Part shown: piece after piece, positions 7,438 to 14,475 of the stretch
Layout: the number at the start of each line of letters is the position of its first letter
Numbering within the stretch: position 1 is the first letter of the stretch
Origin: a virus
Taxonomy: Duplodnaviria; Caudoviricetes
Length of the DNA stretch: 29,475 nt
IMG/VR virus record: IMGVR_UViG_3300044568_004725
Coordinates: 1-29,475 of that record
Direction: 5' to 3' (one strand)
Notes under the pieces: generated by a model
What the model was told of the DNA's origin: nothing
The model's input: the letters and a program-made list of their open reading frames with translations, nothing else
Databases searched by the model: none
Translations under genes and position numbers: made by a program

Positions 7438-7976
7438 ATATTTTTGTCTTGGATAGAAACCCAACAAACGCAGCCGAGATGATGTGCGATAAGCATGTTG
7501 TCAAGATGATTGTTGAATCGTGTCAATTGTTGTCAACTGCCCATCATGTGTTGGATGGGCAGGAAGTAACTATTGATTCCGGTAAGCGAAAGTACAAGAC
7601 ATATATTTGTTCGCAAACTAATATTTGCAAAGCAACCATGATTAATCATCCATGCACAATATGGACGAGAAGATCAAGAGCAAATTATGCTTGGTTATGG
7701 CAACACGCCAACAGTCTATGCAAAGAATATACCAATAGATACGTCAGACAACATTCTATGGAACAAATGTTACAAGGTCCACTAAACGATATACCAAAAA
7801 ATATTGATAAAGGCGGATTGACTGACTTTGCACAAGCAATGCCTGATGCCTATAAGCACGAAGATGTAGTTGCTGCATATCGTGCCTATTACCTAGGCGA
7901 AAAGGCAAGATTTGCTAAGTGGCGTACAGGAAATATTCCAAATTGGTGGTTGACAAAGAATGAAGTTGTGGTATAA
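7434..7976 (+). CDS. pyrimidine-dimer DNA glycosylase-like protein
   Basis: MNIFVLD...CDKHVVKMIVESCQLLSTAH...NHPCTIW...QAMPD...AYRAYY...WW family signature. Confidence 0.8.
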   Translation: MNIFVLDRNPTNAAEMMCDKHVVKMIVESCQLLSTAHHVLDGQEVTIDSGKRKYKTYICSQTNICKATMINHPCTIWTRRSRANYAWLWQHANSLCKEYTNRYVRQHSMEQMLQGPLNDIPKNIDKGGLTDFAQAMPDAYKHEDVVAAYRAYYLGEKARFAKWRTGNIPNWWLTKNEVVV

Positions 7977-7977
7977 T
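7950..7977 (+). promoter_or_regulatory. sigma70-like promoter upstream of tRNA-Lys/Thr
   Basis: TTGACA-16 nt-TATAAT with extended TGn. Confidence 0.75.
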
Positions 7978-8158
7978 TATCGGACGCACCTGACGGAGAA
8001 CACCATGATTAGTTAACAATGATTTTTATAAGCGCAGGATATATTTTATTAACAAAACTGCCCCAACAGACAAAACTGGGTAGGTTTAGGAATTTTGGAT
8101 TATCCGAAAACCGAGAGTAAAATCCAGGCGTAATGCGAACCCGTCCACTCGCAATTTT

Positions 8159-8231
8159 GCCTCTATAGCTCAGCTGGTAGAGCATTCGGCTTTTAACCGA
8201 TAGGTCACAGGTTCGATCCCTGTTGGAGGCA
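8159..8231 (+). tRNA. tRNA-Lys(UUU)
   Basis: Cloverleaf; anticodon loop CTTTTAA; GGTTCGATCCC T-arm; CCA not encoded. Confidence 0.95.
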
Positions 8232-8247
8232 TTTGAAAATTTGGGTT

Positions 8248-8319
8248 GCCGCCTTAGCTCAACGGTAGAGCAATGCTTTTGTAAAGCATAGGTTGCTGGT
8301 TCAAATCCAGTAGGCGGCT
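8248..8319 (+). tRNA. tRNA-Thr(UGU)
   Basis: Acceptor GCCGCCT/AGGCGGC; anticodon arm ATGCT-TTTGTAA-AGCAT; GGTTCAAATCC. Confidence 0.95.
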
Positions 8320-8342
8320 TGGGAAAAATCGAACAAAGGGTA

Positions 8343-8371
8343 TTGACAAACGATCAAGACTTTGTTAGAAT
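8343..8371 (+). promoter_or_regulatory. sigma70-like promoter
   Basis: TTGACA-17 nt-TAGAAT with TGn extension. Confidence 0.75.
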
Positions 8372-8458
8372 AGGGACATAGTGATCGGGACTGAAACGCA
8401 ACTCGCAGTTTCCGATGGTAACAAAAGGAGTGCAAACAAGTTTGAGGAAATAGTTAGT

Positions 8459-8725
8459 ATGAGCAATAGCAATCTTAGCAAGCAGCGTCAGGTCATCAAT
8501 CATCTCTATCGCGGTTGGGGCATCGATGCCCGTGAAGCGCGTCTGAAGTACGGTGTGAAGAATCTTCGCGCCACCATGTCTTCCATTCGTGAACTCGTTG
8601 AGAAGTTTGGAAACTGGGAGATCGTGACTGATTCGAGCGGTCGTTACTTCATGGCAGACACCCACCCCGGTGATCGCGCCTACAAGTTCCGCAAGGACGG
8701 TTCGCGTTTCCTGATGAACGCCTGA
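8459..8725 (+). CDS. putative winged helix-turn-helix DNA-binding protein (88 aa)
   Basis: GAGGA SD; SKQRQVINHLYRGWGIDAREARLKYGVKNLRATMSSIRE matches an HTH pattern; own promoter and terminator. Confidence 0.65.
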   Translation: MSNSNLSKQRQVINHLYRGWGIDAREARLKYGVKNLRATMSSIRELVEKFGNWEIVTDSSGRYFMADTHPGDRAYKFRKDGSRFLMNA

Positions 8726-8746
8726 ACAATTTGTTAATCTACTTCG

Positions 8747-8783
8747 CAGGGAAGTATTCCGAAAGGAATCTTCCCTGTTTTTT
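8747..8783 (+). terminator. intrinsic terminator
   Basis: CAGGGAAG(T)ATTCC-GAAA-GGAATCTTCCCTG followed by T6. Confidence 0.85.
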
Positions 8784-9146
8784 ATGAAAAACTTTCTAGC
8801 ATACGCATACCCACTTTGTCTTGAAATACCAAGGCAGAAAAAGCATGTTAGCCTTGTTGTGCATCGCAACAGAGTAATTTCTGTTGGCAGAAATATGTTC
8901 AAGACTCATCCACGCGCCAAAGAGATCGGATATCCATTTGAAGAAATGCATTCCGAACTTGATGCGTTCAGGAAAGTTCCAAGGCAATTTCGTGGATGCA
9001 AGTTGGATCTGATTAATGTTCGTTATAATAAATTTGGGCACATTCGAATGTCTCGCCCATGTGAACTTTGTATGCCTTGGTGCAGAGAAGTTTTCGACAG
9101 AATTTACTATACAACGGACGATGGAATTGTTAAACTGGAGGACTAA
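8784..9146 (+). CDS. cytidine/dCMP deaminase-like Zn-binding protein
   Basis: HSE...SRPCELC zinc motif; KHVSLVV...VISVGRN N-terminal strands. Confidence 0.8.
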   Translation: MKNFLAYAYPLCLEIPRQKKHVSLVVHRNRVISVGRNMFKTHPRAKEIGYPFEEMHSELDAFRKVPRQFRGCKLDLINVRYNKFGHIRMSRPCELCMPWCREVFDRIYYTTDDGIVKLED

Positions 9147-9409
9147 TGTATAGACTTTTCATTGATGTACCGATTGAAACGATGACTACCGAGCAAGCGG
9201 CAGAAATTGCCAACAAGATTGTTCAGGCATGTATTGAGTCCAATAAGAGTAAACTTATCGGACTTTCAGTCGAACAAGTTAATTATCGGCTTGGCCACGA
9301 TGAAGATCGGCAGCCAAGAAATTACCTCATTTTGGACGCCGCAGGTCATGCCGCAACCAAGAAGAGCAGAATTAACTTGAAAAATTTACTTGACACTGAG
9401 TCTCATTAG
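9146..9409 (+). CDS. hypothetical protein
   Basis: GGAGG SD, TAATG coupling. Confidence 0.7.
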   Translation: MYRLFIDVPIETMTTEQAAEIANKIVQACIESNKSKLIGLSVEQVNYRLGHDEDRQPRNYLILDAAGHAATKKSRINLKNLLDTESH

Positions 9410-9418
9410 TAGTATACT
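9390..9418 (+). promoter_or_regulatory. sigma70-like promoter for tRNA-Ile operon
   Basis: TTGACA-17 nt-TATACT. Confidence 0.75.
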
Positions 9419-9431
9419 TATGAGACAACTT

Positions 9432-9503
9432 GCGCGATGGGCGGACGGTTTTCGCAGGCCGACTTATAATCGGTTCAATCAGGTTCGATTCCTGAATCGC
9501 GTA
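9432..9503 (+). tRNA. tRNA-Ile(UAU), non-canonical
   Basis: Acceptor GCGCGAT/ATCGCGT plus A73; D-stem GCGG/TCGC; anticodon arm GCCGA-CTTATAA-TCGGT; T-arm TCAGG-TTCGATT-CCTGA; G at position 8. Confidence 0.8.
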
Positions 9504-9506
9504 TTC

Positions 9507-9701
9507 ATGGCAAAGCGTATCATTGACAGCATTGATTTGGAAGCAGAGCGTGAGGGTTTCTTTGTTCGCAAGCACAATGCAACGGTTTGTAAGCCGTTCG
9601 GTTGGAACAAGGGAATTCTCAAGCAACGCAAAATGCACATAGACGGCGAAAAGCGTGTTGAATGTAAGACAATCAAGTTTCGATTTGAAAGGGCAAACTA
9701 A
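9507..9701 (+). CDS. small basic hypothetical protein (64 aa)
   Basis: MAKRIIDSIDLEAEREG...; ATG 3 nt after the tRNA; ORF-track extension to 9390 runs through the tRNA. Confidence 0.65.
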   Translation: MAKRIIDSIDLEAEREGFFVRKHNATVCKPFGWNKGILKQRKMHIDGEKRVECKTIKFRFERAN

Positions 9702-9702
9702 C

Positions 9703-9927
9703 ATGGCAACGATGATCTGTTACTGCGACAATTGCAAAAAGCAAATTCCTCAGGCTCGTCTTGAGGCACTTCCAAATGCAAACACTTGTGTAAAGTGTTC
9801 GGATGTGAAGCCGATGGTCGGTTTCATGGATTGGTATCACAAGACTGCGCCAGAACTTGTGATGATTTCTTCAGGCGACAAAGAGAATCTGCGTAGGGCT
9901 CAGCGTATGAATGCCCGCGCACGATAA
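9703..9927 (+). CDS. TraR/DksA-type C4 zinc-finger protein
   Basis: YCDNCKKQIPQARLEALPNANTCVKC matches the DksA/TraR C4 motif CxxC..IP..RL.A.P....C..C. Confidence 0.85.
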   Translation: MATMICYCDNCKKQIPQARLEALPNANTCVKCSDVKPMVGFMDWYHKTAPELVMISSGDKENLRRAQRMNARAR

Positions 9928-9943
9928 TTACAAGGAAAGAAAA

Positions 9944-10300
9944 ATGGACTCAAAGGAAATTTTTGATGGCGTTATTAAGGGTTGTTGTTTCGGAATGGCG
10001 GGAATTTACGCAACTGCTGGCCTGGTTTGCAATGCAGGATTTATGCCTTCTCTCACCCTTGCACATGGAACTAATTACTTGGTCACAGCTATTGTATTTT
10101 ATGGGATCCCAGGCGTAATTAACCGCGTGGATCGCCATTTTGCAAAGAAGGTGAAGGCCAAGGTAGTTTCGATTCCGACAAAGATTGATGTTTCCAAACT
10201 CTTTGCAAAGGAAACTTCATATCAGGTAGTCGGTGGAAATGCCCGTCCTGCACCTTCAAAGAGGAAGATGCGTAAGGCCGTTGGTAAGAAGATCAAGTAA
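9944..10300 (+). CDS. membrane protein (2 TM, basic C-terminal tail)
   Basis: AAGGA SD; two hydrophobic segments. Confidence 0.7.
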   Translation: MDSKEIFDGVIKGCCFGMAGIYATAGLVCNAGFMPSLTLAHGTNYLVTAIVFYGIPGVINRVDRHFAKKVKAKVVSIPTKIDVSKLFAKETSYQVVGGNARPAPSKRKMRKAVGKKIK

Positions 10301-10310
10301 ATAAACAACT

Positions 10311-10384
10311 GCACCCATAGATTAACTGGTTAAATCCCCGCCCTTTCAAGGCGGTGAGTCGGGGTTCGAGTCCCCGTGGGTGTA
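10311..10384 (+). tRNA. tRNA-Glu(UUC)
   Basis: Acceptor GCACCCA/TGGGTGT; anticodon arm CCGCC-CTTTCAA-GGCGG; GGTTCGAGTCC. Confidence 0.93.
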
Positions 10385-10390
10385 TTCACC

Positions 10391-10705
10391 ATGCAAAACT
10401 TAGAACAAATTCTCGAAAATACCACACTCGTTGATTCTTTCCGCAGTCGTTACGGCGACAAGCGTGATGTTTATGAATGTAATGTCGAAAAAGGCACATT
10501 TTATCTGCTCGGTAAGAGTAATTATTATCGTGTAGGAGGCGACGAAACCGATGTCGAATATATCGATTTTGAGGGTGGCCCATTTGTAATGAATAATGAT
10601 GTGTTTTTGGGGGAAAAAAGATCTTTCCCAAAGATCACCGATTTGGCAGTTGTGCCACTTCAGACAGAAGGATTCTTCTGTGTCAAATTCAAAGCGATGA
10701 GTTAA
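10391..10705 (+). CDS. hypothetical protein
   Basis: MQNLEQ...FRSRYGDKR...YIDFEGGPF; ATG 6 nt after the tRNA. Confidence 0.7.
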   Translation: MQNLEQILENTTLVDSFRSRYGDKRDVYECNVEKGTFYLLGKSNYYRVGGDETDVEYIDFEGGPFVMNNDVFLGEKRSFPKITDLAVVPLQTEGFFCVKFKAMS

Positions 10706-10713
10706 TATAAATA
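10706..10713 (+). promoter_or_regulatory. T4-type late promoter TATAAATA
   Basis: Exact consensus followed by AGGAG SD and ATG 10729. Confidence 0.75.
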
Positions 10714-10728
10714 TCTCTAGGAGAAACC

Positions 10729-11250
10729 ATGAAGACTCTTAGAGATATTTTAACACACCTAGTACTAAACGAATATTGGAACTATGAGTACCAAAGACCA
10801 AAGGCAGATCCTCAGAAGCAAGCTGCCGGAGAAATTGCTAGGGAAAATAGAATGAAGATTGCAAGTAAAACCCATCAGTCGATTATGGATTCCATAAAAA
10901 ATGATGATAGTATTGCTGTTGTGTCGCATGCCGATTCTCCTGATTTAGAAGGTTCTGTTTCGGATGCATATTTGATGAAGCACCATTGGGGTGGCGACAT
11001 GGAACCTTCTATGATGTATGTGACTCCATCCGGGAAGACACATCATGTTGAAAGACTAGATCCAAGTCCGAGCGGATTCATAACAGTATGGGCGCATGGG
11101 CATAGTGGTCGCGGGATAAGAAAACCAGTTGGTCATATTCGCGCCACAATGGGTCACCAAGAAAACATGGGAATGGTTTTGCCAAAGAGCAAACATCTCA
11201 CAAAAGCATCTCGTAATGGTAAAAAATATACCATGAGAGTAGAAATTTAA
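10729..11250 (+). CDS. His/Met-rich late protein, possible capsid-targeting-like leader
   Basis: Late promoter plus SD; N-terminus MKTLRDILTHLVLNE. Confidence 0.7.
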   Translation: MKTLRDILTHLVLNEYWNYEYQRPKADPQKQAAGEIARENRMKIASKTHQSIMDSIKNDDSIAVVSHADSPDLEGSVSDAYLMKHHWGGDMEPSMMYVTPSGKTHHVERLDPSPSGFITVWAHGHSGRGIRKPVGHIRATMGHQENMGMVLPKSKHLTKASRNGKKYTMRVEI

Positions 11251-11251
11251 A

Positions 11252-11644
11252 GGGGGCGAAATGGTATCGATGACATAATTAAGTATAAGAAAGCACGGCG
11301 AAGAAGATTGCAGGCTTCGTAAAAAGCAATCAAACTCACGACTGCCAATAATAATAACTATATGGCAATTGCTGCTTGAGTAACAGCGCACAGTGTACTA
11401 GCGATTACGCTATTAATGCGGGCTAGGACCGTCAGAAAGCATAGGAAAGGTATTCCGATAACTTTCCATGACTCAATTCGGATAGGATTGTGAAAGAGTT
11501 AGTAAACAATCCGAAACCCATACTGAACTCGACCTGTAGTAAGGAAGTGTCTTTGATTCCCCTACTTGCACAAACAAAGACTAACCGTGTAGCGTTCGTA
11601 TAAATAAATATGATCAGACGGGGGTTCGAATCCCCCCGCCTCCA
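11252..11644 (+). ncRNA. ssrA: tmRNA
   Basis: 5' GGGGGCG pairs with 3' CGCCTCC-A giving the G3:U70 alanyl identity pair; T-arm GGGGG-TTCGAAT-CCCCC; tag frame 11344-11379 encodes (A)ANNNNYMAIAA*. Confidence 0.92.
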
Positions 11645-11655
11645 TTCAAAACACT

Positions 11656-12006
11656 ATGTTAGCACAATTAATAAATTATCAAGAACAAATAAGAATCTTT
11701 CACTGGCAGACTAAAAGTTTTGCCGAGCATAAGGCTTTAGGTAAACTCTATGATTCTTTGAGTGATCTCATAGATCAGTTTGTTGAAGTTTATTTTGGAA
11801 AATATGGTAGAAGAAATGAGCCGTTTGATTTTAGTTTAGAGAATTACGAAGAAGGTATGCCTGTCCGTGTCATTGATGAAGCAATAGGTTTCTTAATGAA
11901 TGAAGTACCTATAACACTTCAGACCCAAGACACCGACCTTCTAAATATAAGAGATGAAATGCTTTCGTCGTTAAATAGGACAAAATACCTATTGACACTA
12001 AAATAA
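11656..12006 (+). CDS. ferritin/Dps-like four-helix-bundle protein (DUF5856-like)
   Basis: IFHWQTKSFAEHKALGKLYD...DQFVEVYFGKYGR...LLNIRDEML...KYLLTLK. Confidence 0.75.
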   Translation: MLAQLINYQEQIRIFHWQTKSFAEHKALGKLYDSLSDLIDQFVEVYFGKYGRRNEPFDFSLENYEEGMPVRVIDEAIGFLMNEVPITLQTQDTDLLNIRDEMLSSLNRTKYLLTLK

Positions 12007-12018
12007 AAGGAAACTATA

Positions 12019-12243
12019 ATGGCTGCAGAAAAGAAATTATATTTTACAAAGATAGAAATTGACGGTAGATGTGTGCCTATGCTCTTAACAGAAAAAGAAG
12101 TGTTAAAGGCAGGAGAAAGAGCATTAGAAGAAAAGAATGCTGCTTTCTTGGCAGATAATCTGATTGGTATTTGTTGGCCAATTGCAAAACCACCCAAGTG
12201 TTCTTTGTGGGATAGATTTATCGGAAAATGTGATTGTAAGTAA
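12019..12243 (+). CDS. hypothetical protein
   Basis: AAGGA SD; 74 aa with Cys-rich C-terminus. Confidence 0.65.
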   Translation: MAAEKKLYFTKIEIDGRCVPMLLTEKEVLKAGERALEEKNAAFLADNLIGICWPIAKPPKCSLWDRFIGKCDCK

Positions 12244-12265
12244 CAATTAACTTTTTGGTGATGTT

Positions 12266-12466
12266 TTGATTTATGAATTTAAAAATCCAATTCCAGTTAT
12301 AACACCGATGGGAGATGGATATGCCATTTATGTGAGAGATGGTGGCACGTTTGAGAATGATATTTGGTGTGTTGTTTTGTCGGACAGTAGAATTATGCAT
12401 TTTAGGGTTGATCAGTTAAGAATGTGGAAGAATGCCACATTTGGTATAAAGGAAAATAAATTATGA
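12266..12466 (+). CDS. hypothetical phage protein
   Basis: PIPVITPMGDGYAIYV...NDIWCVVL...NATFG; coupled to next ORF. Confidence 0.65.
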   Translation: MIYEFKNPIPVITPMGDGYAIYVRDGGTFENDIWCVVLSDSRIMHFRVDQLRMWKNATFGIKENKL

Positions 12467-12783
12467 GCAATGTAAAAATCGTGCGTCTGTTGAGTGGTGA
12501 AGAGATTATTGGAAACATTACCGAAGTTGATGGTGGATATCAAATCAAGGATCCAACCATTTTGATTCCAACGCCAGAAGGCAAGTTGATGTTTGCTAAG
12601 TGGATGCCATACGCAGACACAAGCAAGGGCGTTCTGTTGGAAACAAAGAATGTTATGTTTATCCTCAATGCCCAAAAGGAACTAGAAGATCATTTCACCA
12701 CAGTAGTAGTGAATGGCCTAGTTGTTCCGGGTAAGAAGGTCGTTGAACCGATCAGTGGTTCAAACCTGAAACTTACAGTTTAA
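12463..12783 (+). CDS. Sm-like domain protein common in T4-like phages
   Basis: VKIVRLLSGEEIIG...IKDP...FAKWMPYA pattern; AAGGA SD. Confidence 0.75.
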   Translation: MSNVKIVRLLSGEEIIGNITEVDGGYQIKDPTILIPTPEGKLMFAKWMPYADTSKGVLLETKNVMFILNAQKELEDHFTTVVVNGLVVPGKKVVEPISGSNLKLTV

Positions 12784-12786
12784 GAC

Positions 12787-12814
12787 TTGACAGATAGCGT
12801 TTATCTGTTATAAT
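12787..12814 (+). promoter_or_regulatory. sigma70-like promoter for tRNA-Arg
   Basis: TTGACA-16 nt-TATAAT with TGn. Confidence 0.8.
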
Positions 12815-12825
12815 AACTGAGTTGA

Positions 12826-12899
12826 GTTCCCGTAGCTCAGTTGGATAGAGCATTCGCCTTCTAAGCGAATGGTCAGTGGTTCGAGTCCACTCGGGAACG
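12826..12899 (+). tRNA. tRNA-Arg(UCU)
   Basis: Acceptor GTTCCCG/CGGGAAC; anticodon arm TTCGC-CTTCTAA-GCGAA; GGTTCGAGTCC. Confidence 0.95.
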
Positions 12900-12913
12900 C
12901 TTTAGGAGATTTT

Positions 12914-13207
12914 ATGTTTAATAAGAATGCGTTTGTTACCGTTTCTACAGCATCAGTCATTTCTTCGATTCTTGCTGCTTCAGCAATTTATAATGGCAAC
13001 ACAAATATTGCCATTGCTCTTCTCGCTGCTTGTGCAGTCATTACTTCCGTTGTTTGTTGGGAGTTTGCATGTGCAACCAAGTCTTGTGCAGAAAAGCGTC
13101 TTGCTGAAGTAAACGAGGAGCGTGACACCGAAGCACTTTGGCGTGAACTTGATAAGCTCCATGAGCGTATCTCTGCCGCCGAGCAGAAGGTCACTGTAAA
13201 GCGATAA
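12914..13207 (+). CDS. membrane protein (2 TM plus coiled coil)
   Basis: AGGAG SD before ATG 12914; two hydrophobic helices. Confidence 0.7.
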   Translation: MFNKNAFVTVSTASVISSILAASAIYNGNTNIAIALLAACAVITSVVCWEFACATKSCAEKRLAEVNEERDTEALWRELDKLHERISAAEQKVTVKR

Positions 13208-13225
13208 ACAACTAAATATAGGCAA

Positions 13226-13447
13226 ATGTATGAAGTAACATTTGCTTATAGTTTTGATCTTTACAAAGGTAAGCCTAAAAGAGATTTAGAAAAACTTAAC
13301 GGCTGTATAATAAAGAGTTACGGAGTTGTCAAAGACTCCGTAACTCTTTGTATTTTAGTAGATTGTATTGAGACTCTTAATGAATTAAAAGATTTATTAA
13401 AATCAAAATATAAATTGAATCCTAAGAAAACCAAAAAATTAAAATAG
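13226..13447 (+). CDS. hypothetical protein
   Basis: 73-aa ORF preceded by CTAAATA; converges on next gene. Confidence 0.6.
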   Translation: MYEVTFAYSFDLYKGKPKRDLEKLNGCIIKSYGVVKDSVTLCILVDCIETLNELKDLLKSKYKLNPKKTKKLK

Positions 13448-13448
13448 A

Positions 13449-14474
13449 TTATCTAAACGGCATGTTTTGGAAATTTGCAGTAGATATGGTTTGAACTCTG
13501 CTATCCATTTTAGATATTAATGTATTTTGTTGATCTATAATAGTTGATAACAAATCAGTTGATGTTTGTTCTTCCTCTATTGCAGTAGTACATGCTTTCG
13601 ATTCTGTGAATCTAGCAGTAAGAGATGTGGTTGATCTTAATTCACATTGTGATGCTGTATTATTACTTGTGCAAGATATTACAATATTATTTTCTAAAAC
13701 TTCACATGCTCCTATTTTTTCATCGGTTATATCAACACTAACAGTATTTTCGTTTTTCTTTTCCACATATAATCCAATAAAAGTTTTAGTAGATATTCTA
13801 TCTTCTTCTGCTATCTCCCCGAAAACTGTTATTACTTCTTTGCCTTCGCTATCTAGGGAATAATCTACAATTTCAAATTTATTTTGTTTGGATTGTAACT
13901 GAACATAATCTCCAACTTTTATTCCAAGAAAATTAAAAGAGTTTTTAGTATTCTTTCCTAAGCTATTAACTATAGATGTTAGTGGTGTTGTTTTTTCTGG
14001 TTCTATTATTGTAGCTAAAGTAAATGTCGGTAGATTTGAAAAATCGTTTTTATTGTATAAATGAATTCCTGTTGAGATACTTTCAACCGAAACAACATCG
14101 GCAAATACTACTAAATTTTCAATTGATGTGAATGTATATGTTCCTGAAACATCATATTGTTGTTTGTTTGCGGGATTGATTAACTCACCATCTGTGATTG
14201 TGAAGGTCATTCCATCTATTATCAGATTCCAAAAAGAATACAATTCATCTGCACTGGTGGTATTATTATAATCAGAAAAATCAATCATCACCTTTGTGTT
14301 ATTGTCGTAAAACAAAAAATTAGGTGTGGATGTGATTCCTCTGTTTGAACTTATCTTTTCTTCTTTTACCTTTACATAAGTAAGACCATATAATAGACCA
14401 CTTCTAGCAAGAACTAAATTCTTGCCTTGTTTTTGTTTAGTGGATCTTGATCTAGAATAGTTCGAATTTGCCAT
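13449..14474 (-). CDS. hypothetical (probable virion) protein
   Basis: 341-aa ORF starting 1 nt after the stop of the upstream structural-like gene; Cys cluster near C-terminus. Confidence 0.8.
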   Translation of the reverse strand: MANSNYSRSRSTKQKQGKNLVLARSGLLYGLTYVKVKEEKISSNRGITSTPNFLFYDNNTKVMIDFSDYNNTTSADELYSFWNLIIDGMTFTITDGELINPANKQQYDVSGTYTFTSIENLVVFADVVSVESISTGIHLYNKNDFSNLPTFTLATIIEPEKTTPLTSIVNSLGKNTKNSFNFLGIKVGDYVQLQSKQNKFEIVDYSLDSEGKEVITVFGEIAEEDRISTKTFIGLYVEKKNENTVSVDITDEKIGACEVLENNIVISCTSNNTASQCELRSTTSLTARFTESKACTTAIEEEQTSTDLLSTIIDQQNTLISKMDSRVQTISTANFQNMPFR

Positions 14475-14475
14475 T

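Noticed and set aside
7978-8158. RNase P RNA, SRP RNA or self-splicing intron
   Set aside because: Conserved signature sequences of these RNAs are not recognisable by eye.
8354-8902. 182-aa minus-strand ORF and other antisense ORFs inside guaC, gp32 and the hub gene
   Set aside because: Antisense to well-supported genes and crossing their promoters or terminators; no recognisable motifs.
9390-12913. ORF-track N-terminal extensions at 9390, 10376 and 12869, and ORF 11056-11391 (minus)
   Set aside because: They overlap tRNA or tmRNA genes; downstream ATGs (9507, 10391, 12914) are more plausible.
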